This document shows positions 1-9,572 of a DNA stretch of 64,000 bases, one piece after another (positions within the stretch are counted from its first letter, which is position 1; every line of letters starts with the position of its first letter). Origin of the DNA: Alphaproteobacteria bacterium. Its GTDB lineage: Bacteria; Pseudomonadota; Alphaproteobacteria; UBA828. Location of the stretch: contig CBDCCI010000002.1 of NCBI GenBank assembly GCA_965214705.1, forward strand, positions 1,472,001 through 1,536,000. The letters are read 5' to 3'. The notes under the pieces were generated by a model. It was not told the DNA's origin and searched no databases. It saw only the letters and a list, made by a program, of their open reading frames with translations. The translations under genes and the position numbers were made by a program.

Positions 1-32
1 CAGCAGGCCGGCGGACATAGGCTCCCGTCTCG

Positions 33-1091
33 CTAAGGAAAGAGCGGCGCCTGCTCGAGCCCGGTCGTCTCCGGCAGGGCGTGCATCAGGTTCATGTTCT
101 GAATCGCCTGGCCCGAGGCGCCCTTGACCAGATTGTCGATGGCCGAGATCAGGATGGCGCGCCCCTCGATCCGGTCGTCGAAGACCCCGATGAGGCAGTG
201 GTTGGAGCCCCGCACGTGGCGGGTCGCCGGCGCGGCACCCGCAGGCAGCACGCGCACGAACGGCTCGCTCGCGTAGCGCTTGGCAAGCGCATCGCGCAGG
301 GCATCGGCGCCCGCGCGGCTGCGCACGTAGATCGTCGCCAGAATGCCGCGGTTCATCGGCATGAGGTGGGGCGTGAAGTTGACCCGTACCGGCGCGCCTG
401 CCGCCGCGGACAATCCCTGCTCGATCTCGGGCGCATGGCGGTGGGCAGCGATGCCGTAAGCGTGCACGCCCTCGCCGACCTCGGCGAAGAGACTTCCCTG
501 CTTGGCCTCGCGGCCCGCACCTGAGACGCCGGACTTGGCGTCGATGATGATGTCGTCGCTCTCGATCAGCCCGTCTCCGAGCAGCGGCGCGAGCGGCAAC
601 TGCGCGGAGGTCGGGTAGCAGCCAGGGTTAGCCACCAGGCGGGCGCCGCGGACCTCATCGCGTGCGAGCTCGGTCAGCCCGTAGACCGCCTCGGCCTGAA
701 GCGCGACGGCGCCGTGCGCCCGCCCATACCATGCGGCATAGACCTCGGGGTCGGCGAGCCGGAAGTCGGCCGACAGGTCCACGACCTTCAGGTGCTTGGG
801 GAGGGCAGCGATGACCTCTTGCGTGGTGCCGTGGGGCAGGCAGCAGAAGACAGCATCCAGCGCATCCCAGGCGGCGTCCTCGATCTTGACAAGGTCGGGA
901 TAGCCCGCGCCGTCGAGATGGGGAAAGACTGCGCCCAGGCTCTGGCCCGCACGGCGCTCGGCGGTCAGCAGGCCGACCGAGAAGCCGTCGTGATGCGCCA
1001 GCAGGCGCAGCAGCTCGCCGCCGGTATAGCCGCTCGCGCCGAGCACGCCGACGCGCGCCGTGTTGCCCGTGCCTGAAGAGGAGGGGCTCAT
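33..1091 (-). CDS. argC: N-acetyl-gamma-glutamyl-phosphate reductase
   Basis: GASGYTGGELLRLL nucleotide-binding motif, ANPGCYPTS catalytic Cys, DAKSGVSGAGR, DNLVKGASGQAIQNMN. Confidence 0.97.
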   Translation of the reverse strand: MSPSSSGTGNTARVGVLGASGYTGGELLRLLAHHDGFSVGLLTAERRAGQSLGAVFPHLDGAGYPDLVKIEDAAWDALDAVFCCLPHGTTQEVIAALPKHLKVVDLSADFRLADPEVYAAWYGRAHGAVALQAEAVYGLTELARDEVRGARLVANPGCYPTSAQLPLAPLLGDGLIESDDIIIDAKSGVSGAGREAKQGSLFAEVGEGVHAYGIAAHRHAPEIEQGLSAAAGAPVRVNFTPHLMPMNRGILATIYVRSRAGADALRDALAKRYASEPFVRVLPAGAAPATRHVRGSNHCLIGVFDDRIEGRAILISAIDNLVKGASGQAIQNMNLMHALPETTGLEQAPLFP

Positions 1092-1148
1092 GGGTAGCCT
1101 ATGTCGATCGCGAAAGCCGGAGGTAAAGGCGCGCCGGCGACGCCCAAC

Positions 1149-1631
1149 TCAGCGTTTGGAGAACTGGAAGCTTCGGCGGGCCTTGCGCTTGCCGTACTTC
1201 TTGCGCTCCACGACGCGGCTGTCACGGGTGAGGAAGCCGCCGGACTTGAGCATCTTGCGCAGCTCCGGCTCGCGCGCTGCAAGCGCCCGGCTGATCCCGT
1301 GACGCAGCGCCCCGGCCTGACTCGAGAGGCCGCCGCCCTTGACCGTGCAGATGACGTCGTACTGAGTGCGGCGCCCGACCAGCTCCGCCGGCTGGTTGAT
1401 AATCATCCTGAGCGCCGGGCGGGCGAAATAGTCCTCCACCGGGCGCTTGTTGACCGTGATCGTGCCGATGCCGGGCCGCAGCCACACGCGCGCCACCGCG
1501 TCCTTGCGCTTGCCAGTCGAATAGGTGCGGCCGAGCCGGTCGATCTGCGGCTCCGGCTCGATGTCGGCGTCGGGCCGGGCGACCTCGCCGAGCTCGGCAA
1601 GGCTGGTCAGAGTCTTCGGCTCGTCAACCAC
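1149..1631 (-). CDS. rpsI: 30S ribosomal protein S9
   Basis: [52 protein letters not shown]. Confidence 0.98.
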   Translation of the reverse strand: MVDEPKTLTSLAELGEVARPDADIEPEPQIDRLGRTYSTGKRKDAVARVWLRPGIGTITVNKRPVEDYFARPALRMIINQPAELVGRRTQYDVICTVKGGGLSSQAGALRHGISRALAAREPELRKMLKSGGFLTRDSRVVERKKYGKRKARRSFQFSKR

Positions 1632-2097
1632 GGAGCGTGCTCCTCGCGTTCTTCGGATTCATCGCGGCGATATCAAGGGGCTCCGGCTGCTGCGCCTCGT
1701 GCGGATGGTCCGGGCCGGGATAGACCTTGAGGTTCGCCATCTGCCGGCGCCCCAAGGGGCCCTTGGGGATCATCCGCTGCACCGCCTTGATCACCACCTC
1801 CTCGGGCTTCTTGCCGCCGAGAATGCGGGCCGCCGTGCGGGTCTTGAGGCCGCCGGGATACCCGGTGTGGTGGTGATAGAGCTTGTCTTCCCGCTTGCGC
1901 CCGGTGAGCCGGACCTTCCCGGCATTGACGATGATGATGTTGTCGCCGCAATCCATGTGCGGGGTGTAGCTCGGCTTGTGCTTGCCGCGCAGACGGGTCG
2001 CGACGATGCTGGCGAGCCGGCCGAGGACGAGGTCCTCGGCGTCCACCAGCATCCACTTCTTCTCGATTGTGGCAGGCGTTGCCGAGAAGGTTTTCAT
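1624..2097 (-). CDS. rplM: 50S ribosomal protein L13
   Basis: [44 protein letters not shown]; start placed at ATG 2097; overlaps rpsI by 8 nt. Confidence 0.97.
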   Translation of the reverse strand: MKTFSATPATIEKKWMLVDAEDLVLGRLASIVATRLRGKHKPSYTPHMDCGDNIIIVNAGKVRLTGRKREDKLYHHHTGYPGGLKTRTAARILGGKKPEEVVIKAVQRMIPKGPLGRRQMANLKVYPGPDHPHEAQQPEPLDIAAMNPKNARSTLRG

Positions 2098-2262
2098 TTC
2101 GCTCACGACGATGGGATGTGACAAAACGGCGCGCGGCCTCGTTCGGCTCTCGCCGGCCCGCGCGCCGCCGGGAGTATGCCACAGGACTTTGCCCAGTCAA
2201 CGGCAGCGTTGCGAGATGATGCGTGGCACTATCGCATGGATCGAAGACGGAGTTTGGAGACC

Positions 2263-3075
2263 ATGTCCGACGTAGCGGGGAAGGTGGCACTCATCACCGG
2301 TGGCGGCACCGGAATCGGAAAAGGCGTCGCGTTGCTGTTCGCGCGCGAGGGCATGAGGCTCGCCCTCAACGGGCTGGAACACGCGCCGAGTGCCGAGAAC
2401 CAGTACGAAACGAATCACATCGGCGGCTACTCCGCGGCGCTTGCCGTGGCGCAGGAGATCGGCGGCGATGCCATCGCCATCGATGCGGATGTGTCTGACG
2501 CCGCCGCCGTCGACGCCATGTTCGCACAGACGGTGGAGCGCTTCGGCCGGGTCGATGTCGTGGTCAACGCGGCCGGCGTGATCACCGCCCGCCCGATCGC
2601 CGAGATGAGCGAGGCGGAGTGGGACAACATCATGGACGTGAACGCCAAGGGCACGTTCCTGGTGAACAAGGCGGCGGTCATCCAGATGCGCGCGCAGGGG
2701 GACGGCGGGCGGATCGTCAACATCTCGTCGGTCGCGGGCAAGTTCGGCACCGCCACGCTCTCGCACTACTGCGCCTCCAAGTTCGCGGTCATCGGCTTCT
2801 CGAACGCGCTGGCCAAGGAGGTCGCGCGCGAGGGCATCACGGTTAACTGCATCTGCCCCGGCATCGTGGGCACGCAGATGTGGACGCTGCTCAACGTCGC
2901 CTTCGGGGAATCGGGGGAGACGCCGGAGCAGACCTACGCGCGCTTCATCGAGGGCTACATTCCCCAGGGCGTGCCACAGACCGAGGAGGACATGGCCGAG
3001 CTCGCGCTCTATCTCGTGAACGCCCCCCATGTCACAGGGCAGGCCATCAACCTGGACGGTGGCGCTGCGCTGTAG
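2263..3075 (+). CDS. short-chain dehydrogenase/reductase (SDR)
   Basis: TGGGTGIG cofactor motif, NAAGV, YCASK catalytic motif; GGAG just before ATG 2263. Confidence 0.93.
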   Translation: MSDVAGKVALITGGGTGIGKGVALLFAREGMRLALNGLEHAPSAENQYETNHIGGYSAALAVAQEIGGDAIAIDADVSDAAAVDAMFAQTVERFGRVDVVVNAAGVITARPIAEMSEAEWDNIMDVNAKGTFLVNKAAVIQMRAQGDGGRIVNISSVAGKFGTATLSHYCASKFAVIGFSNALAKEVAREGITVNCICPGIVGTQMWTLLNVAFGESGETPEQTYARFIEGYIPQGVPQTEEDMAELALYLVNAPHVTGQAINLDGGAAL

Positions 3076-3252
3076 CGTTTCCGTTTCGCACGGAAACGCT
3101 ACCGGATTTTTCGCTCACGGCAGCCGGCCTTCGGCCGGCGCCTCCGCGTCGCGCGGTCACGCGCGCGGGAGCGCACGATGTGCGCCGCATTAGCGGCGGG
3201 CCGCAGTCGCGGCCTGTAGCGAGTCCGTCAATGACGGACTCGCGAGCCATCA

Positions 3253-4863
3253 TCACACCCCGCGGATCATGTCGGCGGCCTTCTCCGCGATCATGATGAC
3301 CGGCGAGGCGGTGTTGCCCGACGTGATCCGGGGCATGATCGAGGCATCGACGACGCGCAGGCCCTTCAGCCCGTGCACGCGCAGCTCCGAGTCCACGACC
3401 GCGTTGGGATCATCGCCCATCTTGCACGTCCCCACCGGGTGGAAGATCGTGGTCGCGATGTTGCCGACCTCCTTCACAAGGTCCTCGTCGGACTGCACCT
3501 TGGGGCCGGGAAGAAGCTCCTTCGGCGCGTAACGCTTCAACGCCCTGGCCGTCATGATCCGGCGGACCTGGTGGACGGACTTGACCGCGATGCGGCGGTC
3601 GTGGGCGGTCGAGAGGTAGTTCGGCTTGATCTCGGGCTGTGCGGCTAGGTCCGTGGTGGTCACGTGGCAGGTCCCCCGGCTCTCCGGGCGCAGGTTGCAG
3701 ACCGACATCGTGATGGCGGGGTAGGGGTGGAGCGGATCGCCCAGCCGGTCGGTGGAGAGCGGCTGGACGTGATACTCCAGATCGGGCGTGGCGAGCGCGG
3801 GATCGGACTTCGTGAACATGCCGAACTGGCTCGGCGCCATCGACATCGGCCCGCTCCGGCGCAACGCGTATTCGAGGACGATGCCCGCCTTGCCCCAGAA
3901 ACTGTTCGCAAGCGTGTTCAGCGTCTTCGCGCCGCTCACCCCGTAAACCGTGCGGATTTGCAGGTGATCCATCAGGTTCTCACCCACGCCAGGGCTCTCG
4001 TGCGCCACCTCGATACCGAGCCCGGCGAGCCGCGCGGGCTGACCGATGCCGGAAAGTTCCAGGATTTTGGGTGAGTTGATCGAGCCTGCGGCGAGCAGCA
4101 CCTCGGCATCGGCGTGTGCCTCGCGCCGGGCCCCCTTGTGGCGATAGACCAGGCCGCGCACGTCGCGTCCTTCGAGGATCAGCCGCTCGGTCTCGGCCTG
4201 GAGGACGACCCGCAGGTTGGGCCGCTTCATCGCCGGCTTGAGGAACCCGCGGGCCGTGGTCCAGCGCACGCCGTTGCGCTGGTTCACCTCGAAGAAGCCC
4301 GAGCCCTCGTTGTCACCGTCGTTGAAGTCGGCACGGGGCTCGATGCCGAACTCTTTCGCGGCCTCCTGTACGGCTTCAAGGATCTCCCAACTCAGCCGCT
4401 GCGTCGTGACCTTCCAGCCGCCCCCGGTGCCGTGCATCGGGCTCGCGCCGGCGTGGTAGTCCTCGGACTTGAGGAAGTAGGGCAGCACGTCGTCCCAGCC
4501 CCAGCCGAGGTTGTCGAGCTGGCGCCAGTGGTCGTAATCCGCCGCCTGGCCTCGCATGTAGATCATGCCGTTGACCGCGGTGCAGCCGCCCAGCACCTTG
4601 CCGCGGGGGTAGACCAGGCTCCGCCCGTTGAGGCCCGGCTCGGGCGCCGTCTTCATCATCCAGTCGGTGCGGGGGTTGCCGATGCAGTAGAGGTAGCCCA
4701 CGGGGATATGGACCCAGTGGTAGGCGTCGCTGCGGCCGGCTTCCAGAAGCAGCACTCGCGCCCGAGGGTCTTCGGTCAGGCGATTGGCGAGCACGCAACC
4801 GGCCGTGCCGGCGCCCACAATGATGTAGTCGTAGCGGCCGTCGATCGGCTCGGGGGCTGCCAC
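3253..4863 (-). CDS. GMC family oxidoreductase (choline dehydrogenase-like)
   Basis: DYIIVGAGTAGCVLANRL, PRGKVLGG..AVNGMIYMRG, FHPVGTCKMG, SGNTASPVIMIAEK. Confidence 0.93.
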   Translation of the reverse strand: MAAPEPIDGRYDYIIVGAGTAGCVLANRLTEDPRARVLLLEAGRSDAYHWVHIPVGYLYCIGNPRTDWMMKTAPEPGLNGRSLVYPRGKVLGGCTAVNGMIYMRGQAADYDHWRQLDNLGWGWDDVLPYFLKSEDYHAGASPMHGTGGGWKVTTQRLSWEILEAVQEAAKEFGIEPRADFNDGDNEGSGFFEVNQRNGVRWTTARGFLKPAMKRPNLRVVLQAETERLILEGRDVRGLVYRHKGARREAHADAEVLLAAGSINSPKILELSGIGQPARLAGLGIEVAHESPGVGENLMDHLQIRTVYGVSGAKTLNTLANSFWGKAGIVLEYALRRSGPMSMAPSQFGMFTKSDPALATPDLEYHVQPLSTDRLGDPLHPYPAITMSVCNLRPESRGTCHVTTTDLAAQPEIKPNYLSTAHDRRIAVKSVHQVRRIMTARALKRYAPKELLPGPKVQSDEDLVKEVGNIATTIFHPVGTCKMGDDPNAVVDSELRVHGLKGLRVVDASIMPRITSGNTASPVIMIAEKAADMIRGV

Positions 4864-4878
4864 GCGAATCCCCCCGCC

Positions 4879-7623
4879 CTACAGCGAGAGGCCGAGCCGG
4901 CCGCGGGTGAGCTGGAACTCGGTGACCCCGCGCGACCAGAGCGCCGGCCGGTAGCGGGCGGATGCCACGTCGGCGATCAGCGTGGCGAGTTCGGCAACGG
5001 TCCCTTCGACGCCTTGTTCGGGTTCGAGGACGCGATCCAGGTCGCTGCCGTACTGCGCCGCGACCTCGGGAACCGCCGTCACCTGGACGAGGGGGAGCAT
5101 GGGATGCCCCTGAAGCGGGGTCTGGCCTGCGTGGCAGAGCATCAGATCGACCCCGGTCGCGCCGAGCCCCGTGAACGCCTCCACCGGGTTTTCCGTCGGG
5201 GTCTCCATGACGTGGAACCCCGCTTCCGTCGCCGGCCAGCCGAACGCGAGCGAGGCAGAGGGCGCCATGCCGTCGGGAAAGACCGCGCGTCGGAACCCGT
5301 CGTTGCCGAGCAGGCCTTCATTGTCGGGCACCACCACCGTCGCGCCGGCCGCGACGAGGCCGGTGGCGAGGCGGCCGAACGCTTCCCCCATCATGTTCGG
5401 CAGTGGGCCGTGTCCGGCGAGGCCCACGCGCATCTCGTCTGCGCCGACGCGCCGCCGCTCGGATGCAGGCGTGGCGCGGGCCGCCGCCATCGCCTCGAGC
5501 TGCCGGGTCACCTTGGCCTTGACGCTGGCGATGCCGCCATCCAGCTGCACGCTCGCCCAGCCGAAGCGCTCCGCCGCGACGCCGTGCGCGGCCAGGTGAT
5601 TCCGCACCGCGTCGTTGTGGGTCATCTCGCAGCCGTGCTCCAGCAGCACCGCGTGGCGCACGCTCCGGTGCGCGAGGTGGCCGGTGAGGGTGTCGAGATA
5701 GAGGCCGGCGCCGTTGGCCGAGCCGCAGCCCTCGGTATGCACGAGTGCCACGAAGCGCGACACGTCGCTCCAGGGCGGCGGGTTGGCGTCGAGCTCGTCC
5801 GCGATGAGGCGCGCGACTTGGCCGGAGCAGAGGCTGGTGGGCATCACCAGGGCGATTTGGTCCGACGCCACGCCTTCCTCGGTGATCACTGCGTCGAAGG
5901 CGAGGTCGAGCGGCGGCGCCTTCTGCACCGGTATGGGCCGTCCGCTCGGGACAGGACGCCCGCGCGCCTCCTCCAGCCCGTGCCCGTCGGTGCGCGGCCA
6001 GTCGCGCCAAATCGAGACCTGCGCGTGGCCGGCAAGCTCGCCCTTGCTGCGCTGCCCCGACGCGATGTCGAGCGCGAGCTTGAAGGTCTCCGCGCCGAGC
6101 GCGTCCATCTCCATGCCGTCGTTGTAGCGGCCGGCGTTCACGTCCATCTCGTTCGCGAGCAGCTCGAAGCGCCCGGTGGTGGTCACGAACTTGAGGGTCG
6201 GCACGAAGGGGAAGTTGGTGATCGAGCCGTTGCCGGTGATGAAGAGGATGAGGTTGGAGCCCGCCGCCACCTGGCCTGCGATGCTCTCCAGGTCGTTGCC
6301 GGGGCTGTCCATGAAGTAGTAGCCCGGCGCGCGCATGGGCGCGCCGTAGTCGATGACGTGGTCGAGCCTGACTTCCGGCGCCTTCTTGCGCGCGGCACCG
6401 AGGGATTTGAGGGCGATGTTGTAGAGGCCGCGAAAGTTGTTCCCGCCCGTCGGGTTCCCTTCCGCCGTGGCCCCGTGGTTCGCGGCGTAGCGCTTGAAGT
6501 TCTCGATCTTCTCAAGGAACGCGCGGGCCGTGGCGGCGTCGCTGACGTTCTCCAGCACGTAGGACTCGGCGCCGATGAGCTCGTCGGTCTCGGCCAGGTT
6601 CGCGGCGCCCCCGTGGCGGATGACCTCCTTCGCCACCCAGCCGGCGAGCGCGTTGCCCGAGACGCCGGAGAACGCGTCCGAGCCGCCGCACTGCAGCGCG
6701 AGCCGGAGCGCGCCAGCCGGCGCCGGCGTGCGCCTGGCGGCCGCGACCTCCGGCAGCCAGCCTTCGATCAGCGTTGCCGCGCGCGCGACTTCCGCCTCAA
6801 ACCCGCCTTCGATACGGAAAAACGCGTGCGGCACGTGGTCGAGCGGGTCGCTGCGGTCCGCCATGAAGCGCCGCAGGTCGTCGTTGGTGTAGGCGCCCGC
6901 GCCGTCGTCGGCCGCGAGCACCGCGCCCACGTTGGGGTGCACCATGAAGCCGGCGAGCACCCGAAGCACGTGGCCCAGGTTGTTGGGCCGACCGGCCCCG
7001 CCGCCTTCGGTATGGGTGACCGCAACCACCCCGTCGATCCCGTCGGGCGCGTGGGCCGCCGCGCGCTCCGCCACCGCGCGCACGAAGCCGTTGGCGCGCG
7101 ACGTGGTGGCCACCACCACCACGAAGTTGCGGGTGCCGACGCCCCGCCCGCCGGGGCGGCGGAAACCCTCGAAGGTGGCGCCCTCATCGGCAGGCGCGAC
7201 CTGCGCGCCCGGCGTGAAGCGGGCTTCGTCCAGCGAACAGGTCTCCATGGTGTCCACGAAATTGGCGGCGTCGGGCAGAGCGAAGTCGATATCCCGGGCG
7301 CCCAATGCCGCCAGAATCCGCTCGTTGCAGACATACTCGCCGGGTTTCAGCGCACGGGTCGCGATGCCGAAGGGGGGCCCCCAGGAGGTGAGTTGCGTGC
7401 CTTGCGGGACCGGCACGCGGACGAAGCGATGCCCTTCGAGGATCGTGTGGGGCAGGCGGAACTCACCCGTCCCGTCGGCGACGAGCGTTCCGGCCTCCAG
7501 GCGCCGCGTCGCGATCGCGACGTTATCGCCCGCCGTCGGAAGACGGGCCAGGGTGTGATTCTCGTATGGCGATATGCCAGTCGTGATGGCGCTAAAGGAT
7601 ATGGGCTGGTTCATTTTGGTCAA
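4879..7623 (-). CDS. extended UxaA/altronate-dehydratase family protein (SAF domain + dehydratase + second partial dehydratase repeat); current N-terminus is IS-derived
   Basis: DNVAIA, GHRFV, GVGTRNFVVV, HTEGGG, QCGGSDAFSGVSGNA, NPTGGNNFRGL; second HTEGCG...LLEHGCE motif in the C-terminal third; sequence above 7550 belongs to the IS. Confidence 0.85.
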   Translation of the reverse strand: MTKMNQPISFSAITTGISPYENHTLARLPTAGDNVAIATRRLEAGTLVADGTGEFRLPHTILEGHRFVRVPVPQGTQLTSWGPPFGIATRALKPGEYVCNERILAALGARDIDFALPDAANFVDTMETCSLDEARFTPGAQVAPADEGATFEGFRRPGGRGVGTRNFVVVVATTSRANGFVRAVAERAAAHAPDGIDGVVAVTHTEGGGAGRPNNLGHVLRVLAGFMVHPNVGAVLAADDGAGAYTNDDLRRFMADRSDPLDHVPHAFFRIEGGFEAEVARAATLIEGWLPEVAAARRTPAPAGALRLALQCGGSDAFSGVSGNALAGWVAKEVIRHGGAANLAETDELIGAESYVLENVSDAATARAFLEKIENFKRYAANHGATAEGNPTGGNNFRGLYNIALKSLGAARKKAPEVRLDHVIDYGAPMRAPGYYFMDSPGNDLESIAGQVAAGSNLILFITGNGSITNFPFVPTLKFVTTTGRFELLANEMDVNAGRYNDGMEMDALGAETFKLALDIASGQRSKGELAGHAQVSIWRDWPRTDGHGLEEARGRPVPSGRPIPVQKAPPLDLAFDAVITEEGVASDQIALVMPTSLCSGQVARLIADELDANPPPWSDVSRFVALVHTEGCGSANGAGLYLDTLTGHLAHRSVRHAVLLEHGCEMTHNDAVRNHLAAHGVAAERFGWASVQLDGGIASVKAKVTRQLEAMAAARATPASERRRVGADEMRVGLAGHGPLPNMMGEAFGRLATGLVAAGATVVVPDNEGLLGNDGFRRAVFPDGMAPSASLAFGWPATEAGFHVMETPTENPVEAFTGLGATGVDLMLCHAGQTPLQGHPMLPLVQVTAVPEVAAQYGSDLDRVLEPEQGVEGTVAELATLIADVASARYRPALWSRGVTEFQLTRGRLGLSL

Positions 7624-9229
7624 GCAGCGAGTGCCAGGACTTCGGTTGGGCTGATGTTGTCGTTAGCTGGTCCGGATCGGGCGTCCATGAGCGCATCCCA
7701 TGCCCGGTCGAAGAGGCCGGATTTGATCAGGGCGCGGAAGGTCAGAACCGCCTGCCCGCCGTCGATCCGCCAGCGCATGCCCGAGCGTTTCAAGCGCTGC
7801 GCGACGAGGGTCTTGCAGGCCGCCTCGACCACACCCGAGCCGATGGCGATGCCCTCTTCCTTCAGGGCGTGGTAGCGCATCCGATGGCGGTGCTTTCGGA
7901 AGAAGGCCAGCTCGCGCTCGATCTCGGCCGGGTCCCCCTTTGCCCTGTCCAGGAGGTAGCGCAGTGCCCGGATCACCTTGTCGACGCCGCGGGGGTCGTG
8001 GCGCAGGATTTCGCGGTGCTTCTCGAACCAGTGGCGCGCCACCGCATGGTCAGAGGCCACGCGGAGATGCTCGCAAGCGTGCCAGAAGTCGATGACCTCG
8101 GTCTCGGGCGAGAGGCTTTCGAGGAAGGTCCAGTTGTCGGCGGCCCCGTCGGCGACGGCGCCGATCCTGATCTTCGGGCTCACACGGCGGATATGGGCGA
8201 CCTCGCTTGCAAGTTGCGCTTTCAGCGCGGCCTTGCCGCTCTCGGGCATACGGCCGAGATAGAGGGTCTTCAGCCGTTGGCCCTCGGCGTCGTGGAAGGA
8301 GACCGTGCCGCAAGAGGCCTCGCGCCAGCACGCCTCGGCACGGCCGTCCTCGCCGGCCCGCAGCGCCACCATGACGCCGTCAAGGGAGACGGACGCGGTG
8401 ACCGCATCGGGCGGTATGCCCTGGGTTTCACGGATGCTGGCCAGCGTCTCCGGGGCGACGCTCTCCCAGTGCTCATGCATGCTCAGGGCCAGGCGCTGCA
8501 GCGTGCTCACCGACGGCGTCATTCCGCCCATTTTCGCGAAGAACTCCTCCGCTTCACGCGGCGTACAGTGGCCCATCATCATCAGCCCGAGCTGCGCCGC
8601 CGGCCGCGTCAGGTAGTCGTCGATGAGGCCCAGGCTCTCGTCCACCGGCACCAGCGACGTGCTGCTCGCGCCGCTGCGATAGCGCGCACGCCGATAGGTC
8701 ACGGGACCGAGCGTCGTCATGATCGTCTTCGGCGTCGCCGCCACCCGGACCCAGCTCTGTCCGTCGCGCTCGATCCGGCTCGCACCGTCGTCGCGGCTCT
8801 CGGCGAAGGCCCCAAGGAGCTTGCAACCCAAGCCGTTCATGGCGTCCCGCAGCCCCGTCTCAACCGTTTCGAACGTCTCGGCAGACGGGTCAGACCCAGC
8901 CTGTTCGCGACAGAACTCCACCACCTGGGCGACCGCTTCGGCGACTTCGGCAGGCAGGCCCAAAAGGTCGATGGACGAGGCGATGAGAGACTGCGACACT
9001 GGCATGGGAACGCTCCTGATGTTGGGTCTGATGTTGGGTTGTCGGCGCGGCATCCTACCGCATCTCGCGGTGCGGAGCGTTCCCACCCACCACTGCTGGA
9101 TGCCGCCGTTGTGACAAAATCCGGCCCTGCACCGGCCGATTGTCACGAAAACCCGATTCTGGCTGCCTACGGCCACCCGCCAATCGCGCTAAATCAATGA
9201 CTTACGATCGCCATGCCAGACCTACACCC
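7551..9229 (-). mobile_element. ISKra4-family insertion sequence (1679 bp)
   Basis: Imperfect terminal IRs GGGTGTGATTCTCGTATGGCGAT / GGGTGTAGGTCTGGCATGGCGAT (18/23 match); 8-bp target duplication ACGGGCCA at 7543-7550 and 9230-9237. Confidence 0.9.
7620..9005 (-). CDS. ISKra4/UPF0236-type DDE transposase
   Basis: SLDGVMV, ADGAADNW, IDFWHACEHL, IGSGVVEAACK, RLKRSGMRW; AGGAG upstream of ATG 9005. Confidence 0.88.
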   Translation of the reverse strand: MPVSQSLIASSIDLLGLPAEVAEAVAQVVEFCREQAGSDPSAETFETVETGLRDAMNGLGCKLLGAFAESRDDGASRIERDGQSWVRVAATPKTIMTTLGPVTYRRARYRSGASSTSLVPVDESLGLIDDYLTRPAAQLGLMMMGHCTPREAEEFFAKMGGMTPSVSTLQRLALSMHEHWESVAPETLASIRETQGIPPDAVTASVSLDGVMVALRAGEDGRAEACWREASCGTVSFHDAEGQRLKTLYLGRMPESGKAALKAQLASEVAHIRRVSPKIRIGAVADGAADNWTFLESLSPETEVIDFWHACEHLRVASDHAVARHWFEKHREILRHDPRGVDKVIRALRYLLDRAKGDPAEIERELAFFRKHRHRMRYHALKEEGIAIGSGVVEAACKTLVAQRLKRSGMRWRIDGGQAVLTFRALIKSGLFDRAWDALMDARSGPANDNISPTEVLALAA

Positions 9230-9265
9230 ACGGGCCACCCGGTCGAACTCGAAACGGTCGGTCAT
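9230..9265 (-). pseudogene. displaced native 5' end of the UxaA-family gene (MTDRFEFDRVAR)
   Basis: Removing the IS and one TSD joins it in frame to LPTAGDNVAIA at 7542. Confidence 0.85.
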
Positions 9266-9572
9266 CGCGACTTACTCGGCCCACTCACGAGACATGGCAG
9301 GGACGCCATCATTATCGGGAAACACCGACCATGGGTAGTCTCGGGGTGTTGCAACAGGCTGCAATCGGTATCTTCACGCCATGAGTCAGGCTGAGACGCA
9401 CAAGACAACGACTGACGACGGGACGGATCCTGCCGACATCGAGGCCTTCATCAGCCGGTGGGAAGAGTCCGGGGGCTCTGAGTCGGCAAACTTCCAGATG
9501 TTCGCCAACGAACTCTGTGAACTCCTTGCCTTGGAAAAGCCCGATCCGTCGCGGGCAAAGAACAAATACAAC

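Noticed and set aside
4114-7875. 1253-aa plus-strand ORF
   Set aside because: Antisense shadow of the GMC, UxaA and transposase genes; typical of high-GC codon bias; no motifs.
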